Made by a program: the position numbers and the translations under genes
Shown here: piece after piece, positions 46,381 through 56,189 of the stretch
How the letters are laid out: each line of letters begins with the position of its first letter
Numbering within the stretch: the stretch's first letter is position 1
Notes under the pieces: model-generated
Databases searched by the model: none
The model's input: the letters and a program-made list of their open reading frames with translations, nothing else
Told to the model about the DNA's origin: nothing
Assembly: GCA_964016885.1 (NCBI GenBank)
Contig: OZ024740.1
Location: 44,082,001 to 44,146,000 of the forward strand
Origin: Eledone cirrhosa
Lineage: Eukaryota
Length of the DNA: 64,000 bases
Reading direction: 5' to 3'

Positions 46381-47880
46381 GAGTCTCAGTCATTGATGAT
46401 ATTTAACTGCAAAGTTTTTTCAAATGAACAACATGTCGGTACCTCTAGCCTCAGACATTCAGGACGTATCGGAGGGTTCTTGCTGTTCCAAGCAAGCAAG
46501 CCTTTTGAAGTGTTCCAAAAATGGGCGCTGGACTAATCTTCTTTAACCATCATTGAAAACGCTTTGAGATAGTACTTAGTGCTCATATGAGAATCGGGAC
46601 AACCTTGATCAAATGACAGTCCCAAATCCTTTTTAACTCCCACTTTAAATCCTGGTATCGGTTAATTTTCTCCTCCTTTTCTTGCACTCTTGTGTTAAAG
46701 AGGCAGGTTACATCAACAATCAGGCACGATATTTTTTCCTTGTCAAAAACCACCAGGTCAGGCATATTGTGTTCTAATTTCTTGTATGTGTGTATCCTGA
46801 AATCCTATAGCACCTTCACTTGATCTTTTTCTATCACCGACTCTGGATTATGCTCATACCACTTCTCAGAATGTGGTAAATTATTTAGTTTTCATAAATG
46901 CCAGTGAATCTCCGTTCCTATTATATCATGCTTCTAGCCTTTATAGTGAGTTTGGGCTAGGTGTTTACAATCGGATACAATGTGAGCCACAGTCTCTTCT
47001 TTCTCTCCTCACATCCTGCAGAGTGGGCTAGCCTCCTCCTTGTCATTATGGTGTTTTACCCACTTCGTTCTGAGGGCTTACTCTTGTGCAGCCATTAGAT
47101 TCCTTCTGTAGCTTTTTAAAGAACTTTTTTTTTAAGCAGCTCCATATCTGTGGATCTCTGAATTCCGTTTTCTTAAAGAAGGTGCTATGAAGGGATTTTT
47201 CATGAAGGTTGCTCTTCCTCGTTGTTGTTATTTCCTCTTTGGACATCCCCTGGTCTATTGTCTCCTCTATCAGTACAACGTTGAGCATTGCCTCCCTACT
47301 CTCAGACACATAATTATGCAGACTGTTTTTCTCCACCTGAACACAGACCTCTATGCTTATAAAACCTCTTCCACCTTCAACATCTCTTTAAGTAGAATCT
47401 ATCAACATCACTCTTCTTGTGGAACATGCTGTAGGTAGCCATTAGCTTCGTAGTATTTATATCCATTTCTTTTTGTTCAGTAACATTCCATTTCAGAATT
47501 CCCGCACTGTACCTAGTAATAGACACAGCTCGGGAATTTACTGCACTTATGACATTCCTACTATTTAGAAGTGATTTTAGTATGTTCCTTACTCTCCTTG
47601 TGTATTCAGATTTATCAATTCCTTCATTTTATTGTACTTGATGTCATCTGCCTCCAAAGCACCCAAATATATGAATCCCCCTTCAGTGTCTATTTCATTT
47701 ATCATCTCAGCTGTTGGTGCCTGGAATCTTTTGCTTCTGTTCAGTTTACTCCTCTTCATTACTAGGACTCCACACTTATTAAAACCAAATTCCATACATA
47801 TATCATTGCTGAAAATATGGACAATGTGAACAAGTACATCCAACTCCTTCTCACTTTTCCCAATATCCGTAATTAACACG
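46381..47880 (-). pseudogene. Older degenerate R4/Dong-type LINE 3' portion
   Basis: DICMEFGFNKCGVL, YLG, PDLVVFDK..IVDV..EKINRYQDL..ELKRIW. The 3' end runs into (TAA)n. Confidence 0.75.
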
Positions 47881-48810
47881 GCATAATCCTTAAAAAAACA
47901 CTCATGTATTTGATCACAAGCTGATTTGAAATAGAAAACACATCTCAAGTATTCACTGAAAGAACTGTCCCCAACATGGTGTGTAATTAAAGTTATTTCA
48001 AGGAAATACTGCGGCCTAACATATAAACACTTGAGATTGTATAATAATGGTATCATCAATGCTCAATTTTTATATGACAGCTGCGTATGGGGAGATACAA
48101 GCACTAGCTATCTTTAAGCTATCGATAGAATTGTTACTCAAGTACGAACATCTATATTTGGTAGTCTAATATCTACCACCAAAATTGATATGTTTCGTGA
48201 AGCAGGGCTAACTCCTACACATTTGTTGATTGAAGAATCTATTAAGTTTATTTGCTAACTGTGTAGTTTAAATGCAAAAGAAAATGGCGTGTTATTTGGC
48301 TTCCTACATGGGTAGAACAATCAACATGATTCAAAATTCCAATTAAAATATCCAAAGTGGAAAGAACACAATAACAATATCACAGAATCAATCGGTTTTA
48401 ACAGCTGGTTCAGTTTTACAGATAGAGTATATTCAGGCAATGGAGTATGGTGTGGAGATACTAGGGCTTTCAAAATTAATAATACAGATACCAGCGTCAG
48501 ATTACACCAAGATTTTGCAATATTTGAAGCAGAATTGTAGGAAATGATATTACCCATAGCCTCGGTAAACTGGTGGCATATCATACCAGTCTTTGAGAAA
48601 ACAGCACAATACTTCGGGACTGGGCATAGCAAAAGATCGAAATAACAGAGATAAACTTTATTCCATCATTATGTTTATCTGTTTTTTTTATCAAGTTCTA
48701 GCTGTCTGATGAGTTCATAGCTATTGAATAATGGTTATCACCGAAATATATATAACGGCGAATATGAATAAACGAAGTTAATTTTTACCTTTTGGCTTAC
48801 ACTACTTGTA
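47880..48810 (+). mobile_element. Decayed PLE 3' end with hammerhead at 48701-48759
   Basis: Remnant FKC..ASYMGRT (GIY-YIG-like), then gctgt-CTGATGA-stem II-GAAA-tatata-TA-acggc. Confidence 0.62.
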
Positions 48811-49160
48811 TTTAGATTACTCCGAAGTAAACAGACCCACTTACGCATTTCATTAAGTGCTCTACCCTGCCCACTGAAGTGTCGGTATCTAACCAACTAA
48901 TACTCAAATTTACCCCCCCCCCCCCCACACACACAAATACACAGTAGAATGTAGCAACAAGAAATGGAATGTTTTGTTCAAGAACCCGACACGCCATTCG
49001 ATCTATAAATCGAACGCATGGCTTTACGATATTAGGCCGAATACTCTAACCACTACGTCACATGTAATACGTATATATGTGCTCCAGCATATCCTCAGCC
49101 TGTCGGCTACAACACGTAAAAGACTAAAAGACACACACACACGTATGCATACATATGGGT

Positions 49161-49217
<57 letters not shown>

Positions 49218-49236
49218 TAATAATAATAATAACAAT

Positions 49237-49607
49237 GATAATAAAAGAACGATTTGTTATATCTTCATTACGTTTATTGAGTAATGACATGCATTTTGCT
49301 ATTGATCAGCTCAATCTTTATCGATCTGGCCCGACGTTGGAATCAAAAGCTCGTCGGACCTCTGCTGTCGTTACCACAACAGAGGTCGGACGAGCTTTTG
49401 ATTCCTGAGTCGAGCCAGATCGATAAAGATTGAGCTGATCAATAGCAAAATGCATGTCATTGCTCATAAACCAAATGAAGACATAACAAATCGTCTTTTT
49501 ATTATTATATTTACACTCTGTTTAATTCTACACCTCGTTACAGACGTGAATCTACGCATCGAGTTGTTACCTGAGTGAACCTACAGTAACTGCACGTTAC
49601 ACTCCCT
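49237..49607. repeat. Fold-back element with arms of about 130 bp between microsatellites
   Basis: About 49237-49367 is mirrored by about 49379-49505, followed by a unique tail to (TA)n. Confidence 0.85.
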
Positions 49608-50157
49608 ATATATATATATATATATATATATATTCATGTGTGTGTGAGTTGGGATAAGTTTGTGTTTGTGTTTGTCTGTTGTAAACACTTTGATTTATAT
49701 GCTAGACGTATTTAGTTTAAAACACCAGGGTCCTCCAGGCACCCGTAAATTCCTGTAGTGTGAAATACACGAAAACCAAGGACTACAGTATAGTAGATAA
49801 ATAGGCCATAGGTTAGTGTTCAAAGCATGATTATCATGGACAGTAGAAATGTTTGATATCGTTTATCAAAATAATGTTTAATCGATAGGTATTAACGAGA
49901 ACGTGAAATATTTTATGCGTTTTGGAGGTCATCTAAGATGTAATCAGATTAAACACGCACGTGAGATCATGTTTTCCTGAAGTTACTAGGCAACGAACAA
50001 GCAGAAAAAAAGCATATTCCTAATATATTAAGGAAATTGAGATGTTTGTTGATAAGAACTGACAATGATAGACACAACTGTGTTGAACGGCATAAATGAC
50101 TAACCACCAAATTATAAAGTACATTTTCAAACTGACATTCCGTAATAGTATATATAT

Positions 50158-50185
<28 letters not shown>

Positions 50186-50188
<3 letters not shown>

Positions 50189-50381
50189 CGATGGAGTTGT
50201 GGTAAGGAACCAGATGGACCATAACGCACCAGAGTACTCAATACTTAGGGTAGTAGAGTGAGTAATAGGAGAGTGTATGACCCCGACGGCAGAGCTCAAG
50301 CCGTTTCGACAGCTATTTCTGGACTAGTCCAGAAATAGGCCTCGAAACGGCTTGAGCTCTGCCGTCGGGGTCATACTTTCT

Positions 50382-50385
<4 letters not shown>
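50186..50385. mobile_element. Spacer-less fold-back copy of the 18-kb HHR family
   Basis: Palindrome centred on ctggactagtccag (about 50318-50332). Both arms carry GAAAcggc(ttgagctct)gccGTCgggg. Confidence 0.8.
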
Positions 50386-50422
<37 letters not shown>

Positions 50423-50424
<2 letters not shown>

Positions 50425-51218
50425 TGTGGATAATAATTCGGTCTTGACTCTTTTTGAATTGAGATTGAATTATTTTCACATATCTTACGTTAAATATTTT
50501 CCATCTTGACGTAATAGTCACTTATATATTATGAATTACTGTTGGCTTCTTGCTCACATTAATTTCTCTATTTTCATTTATATTTATACTCGGAATTTTT
50601 CCTAGAGTGCTTAAAATTATTTGTGACTAATCCCGGTTTTTTTTTTTTAAAACCGCGATAATATTGCTTTATGCTGAACTCCATACCTTTTGTTGAGTAT
50701 TTTTGCGGAATGTTTTGACTGCTGTTTCTTGTAAACAGTCATACGTCTCATTCTGACTAGCCCTGACTAGCCCTGACTAGCCCTGGTCTCCATGTGTGTT
50801 TATTATCTTAATTCCACACGAGGTGTAACTAGCCTGCTTTTAAATTCCCTTTCTGGCATATTTTAGCAGTGTTTTGGTTATCGTGTTAGAGCTCTACTGA
50901 TGAACGACTCCAACCGTGACTAACCCCACTGTAAATTTTCGTGAAATAGTCTTTTTAAGACTATATAGAGCATTTGTAGATTTTTCCAGATTGAAGGATA
51001 AGTATTTACCCTTAATTTTATTCTGAGTTAAGACTCAATTGGTTTTTTCCCTGGATTACACAAAATCTGTGGATAAAATTTCTGTCTTGACTTTTTTTGA
51101 ATTGGGATTGAATTATTTTCCCATTTCTTACGTTAAATATTATCCATTTTGACGTAATAGTCACTTATATATTATGAATTACTGTTGGCTTCTTGCTCAC
51201 ATTAATTTCTCTATTTTC

Positions 51219-51223
<5 letters not shown>
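50423..51223 (+). mobile_element. Retrozyme-like non-coding unit (643-bp period, about 160-bp direct repeat)
   Basis: 50423-50580 is repeated at 51066-51223. Internal canonical HHR; (TA)n flanks. Confidence 0.75.
50891..50971 (+). ncRNA. Canonical type I hammerhead ribozyme
   Basis: gctcta-CTGATGA-acga..tcgt-GAAA-tagtctt(ttt)aagacta-TA-tagagc. Confidence 0.85.
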
Positions 51224-51264
<41 letters not shown>

Positions 51265-51265
51265 T

Positions 51266-51326
<61 letters not shown>

Positions 51327-51393
51327 ATGTATGTATGTATGTATGTATGTATGTATGTATGTATGTATGTATATATATATATATATATGTATA

Positions 51394-51954
51394 AATAAAA
51401 CTAGACAAAGGTTAAAATGTCCCCTTCAGTAGTCTTCTGATTTATCGTTGGTATTTCGGCGCATTAAAGACTAGATACCTAAAAATCAGTGCGAGCGATA
51501 ACTCAATTAAGTTATCGGGACAGTGGGAAAACGGAGGGAAGAAAACAAACACATGGTGGTATGCAACGAAAAGAGAGGAAAATTAGAGACAAGTCAATGA
51601 ATCACGCGGGCATAAGCCCGACATATAAAATTGACGAGAAGAAATAGACACGTCCGAGCCGCGAGAAGATTGAGAGAGGAAAGAAATTCAAGCAGGTCAG
51701 ACGGGAGGAAGTGAGAGGGGGGGGAGAAGCAGAGAGGGAGTGAGTGAAAGTGGAAGGAAGAACCAGCCGAGTGTGAGTGACCAGCAGCAGGAATTGAGGG
51801 AGGCAAGAGGTGAAGGAGAGAGAAGGGGCTGATAGCAATAAGGTAACAGAAAATATACGAACCACAGCGAAGGGAAAAATGATGTGAATGAAAAATGGGT
51901 GCTGCGTTGTTGCGAACATGAATATATGAATAAAAGTAGACAAAGGTTAAAATG

Positions 51955-51956
<2 letters not shown>
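51394..51956 (-). mobile_element. 535-bp non-coding unit with 28-bp terminal direct repeat and rearranged HHR-like motif
   Basis: aataaaa(c/g)tagacaaaggttaaaatgtc at 51394-51421 and 51929-51956. (TA)n flanks. Confidence 0.7.
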
Positions 51957-51998
<42 letters not shown>

Positions 51999-52558
51999 AG
52001 GTTATATTATGTTTTGAGAGCCTTGGGAGAGGGCTCCAACACTGATGTCATCTACCTTGATTTCAGCAAGGCCCCGTGATATCCGCCCACGACAAAAATC
52101 TCACTCGCATCTCATACGGCACAATTATTTCACCTCAATTGGCCCTGCTTTTTTTAACATTACACCAAAACACATCAAAGCAGAAACAGTCCCCATCAAG
52201 TTCAAGATGTCTTTGGATAAATTCCTTCAATAAATCCCGGATAAGCCTCCTACACCCAGATATGCCTCCGTAAAGAATAATTCTCTGCTCGAGTGTGCCA
52301 TGGGGCCCAAACTCTGATTTGTAAACTTCGCCAGGTGATGCTATTAAGTTAGACATGGCCTGGGCCAATACTGGCCGAAACCTATCAAAGTTATCAAAGT
52401 TATCAAATATATATATATAAATAAATCAACTAATACCTTAACACTTCACACAAAGTAAAATATTTCGTTTTAATCATTTTCTAACCCAGAAAAAAGATAG
52501 AGACAAAAAAAGGGGAAAAAAGAAGTTTTCTTCCTCATAATCGTCTCTTTCTCCCTGT

Positions 52559-52624
<66 letters not shown>

Positions 52625-52912
52625 TGTAAAAAAAAACCTCACTTTCTAATATATATATATATATATATATACAATATATTTAGAAACACACAGATACATG
52701 CGGACACACACATATATACATGAATGCATCCGCACCCAACTGTGAGTTAAGGGTGCCAACTTCACCGATGTTGCTCAATGAATGACTGGGACAGACCAAT
52801 CCAGTTGAACTAGACTGAACCAGTATCAGAGTTAAAAATACATTATGAAGAGAGAAGAAACATTTAGATATAATTAGTAATAAAATGTATCATACCTAAA
52901 CTGCTTCTAAAT

Positions 52913-53002
52913 TCCTCGACTACGTAGTTTCGTGGCATAAACAAAAACAATATATCATAAAGACATAGAGTCCTTGCGAGGTCTGCCGACTTATCAAGAG
53001 GA
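52913..53002 (-). ncRNA. Hammerhead with U3:A8 core (second family)
   Basis: tcctc-TTGATAA-gt(c)ggca..tgccac-GAAA-ctacgtag-TC-gagga. Confidence 0.75.
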
Positions 53003-53224
53003 TACCTCATTTTACTAGTCTCAAGAACGCGTCTACACGACGTGAGAAAGAATCCCTAAAGGTGGAGGGGGAGATAGTCACGCGATATAACGGTCGAGAA
53101 ACAGAGCTAAGCCTCTTATAACCCCGAAGAAAATACCACGGAGGCGGAGGGGTATATATATATATATGTGTGTGTGTGTATATATGTGTGTGTGCGTATA
53201 TATATATATATATATAAATATATA

Positions 53225-55644
53225 TTGTTATTGTTATACTTGGGGAGGGTCATATTTGTGTAATATTGCCAGAATTAATAACAGAACGCACTCACTGTTT
53301 GGTTGGTTTTCGCTTTTCGCTTCTGTGTCTTTTATATCGGTAATCTAATTTATTCGGTCCTCAATGTTGCCATTGACTGACCGGCGGTCAAAAATAATAC
53401 AGATACAATATAGACACAAACACATATATATAGTTTATCAGAGTTCTTTCGTTGCACATCTGCAACATCGTCAGTGGTGCTATTGTTTCCTCCCGTTGCA
53501 TTGTATGTCTACGCCATTTTTATTTAGTCTGTCTATATATTTATTTATTTATTTATTTGTTTGTTTGTTCATTTTATTTGTCTTCTTTGCGCATGCGTTT
53601 GCGTGTGTGTATAGTGTTTTGTTTGATGTGTGTTCGTGATTGGGTGACTAGTGTGTGTTTATATGTGTTTGTTGTTATTGTGCTTGTGTATGTATTTATT
53701 TATTTATTTATCTATTTATTTATTTATTTATACTTCTCTTAGGTCAGTGTTGTTTGTTTGGGTGTTGTTGTTATTCCATTCATTATTTCTGTTTAGTCTT
53801 GGCCTTCTAAGTTCTATTTCACTGGCCTCTCTGATTTGCCTATCTGCTGGGTCATTTCTATGTTTAGATATTATTCTAATTTCTATGTTGTCTATGTTAC
53901 CGTCATATTGTTGTCTGGCATGTTCGTATAGTACTGAACCGTTTTTTCGTCCTTTTAGTTCTCCCCAGTGTTGGTCTATCCTTTCACCTATGCTACGAGC
54001 TGTCTCGCCTATGTATGTTGTTGTCATGTTTCTGCAAGTACCTTCTGTACATCTTATGCTATAGACTACGTTTCTAGTTTTACAGTTTATCCGGGGGTTT
54101 ACCTTACATATGATACATTTCCTATTAGTACAGTGGGTTTTCTTAAAAGGGTAGGTTTTGCTGATCAGGGATTTTATGGTGGTTCCTGGCTTTTCTACCA
54201 CCTTAATCTTTAAGTGGGTCTTTCTCAGGGCCTTTCTACACTGGTTAGCTAATTTCCCTCCAGGGGTAGCGTCCACAAACATGACACTCTGGTATCTCTG
54301 GTTGTCGTACCATGAGGTGGCTTTCCCTATCTTATGTCTAGCCCTATCTAAGATATTCCATGATTTGCTCCTGTATAATGGGCAAATTCCTTTCATGTCC
54401 AGTTCTATGAGGGTCTTATACTTCTCCATGGCTCCTTCGTATACTCTGACTCTGTCTCTTTGGTTGTAGCCAGAGAACTGCATGCGGTTGATGAAGTGTT
54501 GGATGTGTCTTTCCATTTTTGTTGGGTCGCATATGCGGGACACATTCTTCATCACTCGTACCAAATCTGCGATCAGAATATTAAACTTAGCACTACTGGA
54601 CATTGCTGAGTTTTTGAGTATCAGGTATTTGGAAGCCATGGGTTTAGCATAGTGTGAGTGGAGAATTTGGGCTCTCTCGTCTATAGTGTTAATCCAGAGT
54701 TCCGTGTCTAATACAGGTAGTCTATTGTTAGGGTGTTTGGAAGGGAAGTCGATAGTTACAGTTATACTCTGGTGTATGGAATTAGCTATCTGCTGGATGC
54801 TTTCCATTGTGCTACGTTCTAAATCAAACTTGTTAGTGCTCTCTAGTGGGGATGTTCTTATAACTATATTGATATCGTCTACGTAACGAGAGTACATGAT
54901 GAGGTCTATGGAGCTCTCATTAAGGAGATCTTTAAGTCTCCTTTCCCACCATACCATGAAAAGGTTGGCAACATCACCAGCTCTGCTGACGCCAATGGCT
55001 GCTCCCTCATTTTGGGTGTAGATCTTCTCGTTGAATTTGAATATGTAGCCCTTTAGGGTAGTTTTGATACTAGCCTCTATTGCATGTGCGACCATTTTTC
55101 TTACCTGATCATTGTTTTGGGGGGTCCGTATAGCTTTGGTCCACCCAATCCACCTTCCCATGGGAGTCTTTTTTGCCATTGAGGGTATGGTGGGGGTCTA
55201 CCTCTTATGGGTCTACTAGGGCAGAAACGTCTAAGGTCATGGCTGTCTAGGTAGTCAGTGTCGTAGGTAAGTCTAAGTAGGAGGCCCAGTTCGTCTGTGT
55301 CGACGTCGCAGAACTCCACCTCACTCTCAATGATCAACTCCACACATTTTTCCACAGCAAAATCAATGTTAATGGATGGGTACAGTGATACCACATCCAT
55401 GCTGCCTATTATGCAGTTGGATAGGTTCCTGTTTTTGTTGCACTCACTGATTCTGCTGAGGAGGTCCTCTGTACTGTCACATACATCTGGGGACATCTTG
55501 ATTATGGGGCGTATAACCATTGAGAGGAAGTAGGAGATCCTGTAGTTGCTAGCTATATTAGCTCCGCATACGGGTCTTGTTGGTGGTCCTGTTGTCGGGT
55601 CGTCGACTGTCTTGTGGTCTTTGCGGAGCCCATACAAGGGTGGT

Positions 55645-55650
<6 letters not shown>
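53225..55650 (-). mobile_element. PLE family A, 5'-truncated copy (RT-GIY-YIG, pseudo-LTR, HHR at 53431-53482)
   Basis: ORF pieces 55101-55650 and 53728-55179 (RYVDD, CTNRKCIIC, YIGET) with one frameshift near 55185. (TA)n at both ends. Confidence 0.92.
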
Positions 55651-55703
<53 letters not shown>

Positions 55704-56189
55704 CATACATACATACATACATACATACATACATACATACGGCTATAACATTTATCAAGTGGAGATGCGTGGTTTAGTGGTTATAACAGGTCCTCGCAAT
55801 TGTGAGGGTACAGAGTTCGATTCCCGGATATTGAGCAAGACACTTTATTTCACGTTGCTCCAATTCGTGCAACTTTTAAAAAATGTGTTGTGCTGTCATT
55901 GGCGCCAAGCTGTATTGGCCTTTGCCTTTGTCTTTGCCTTGGTCGACATCGCGGGCATGGAGAAGGGAGACTAGTATGCATGGTCGACTGCTGGTCTTCC
56001 ACAAAATCCCCTTGCTTGGGCTTGTGCTTCAGAGGGTAACCTAAGTGCAAATCTCATGGTCATTCGTGACTGAAGTGGGGTCTTTACACTTTATAAATTT
56101 TATCGGTTTAACAATAGATACAATGCCGATCTTTGGAATTTAGGTTAAATTATCGTAAAAGATTTATGTTCTATCATTTTGAAGGCTTA

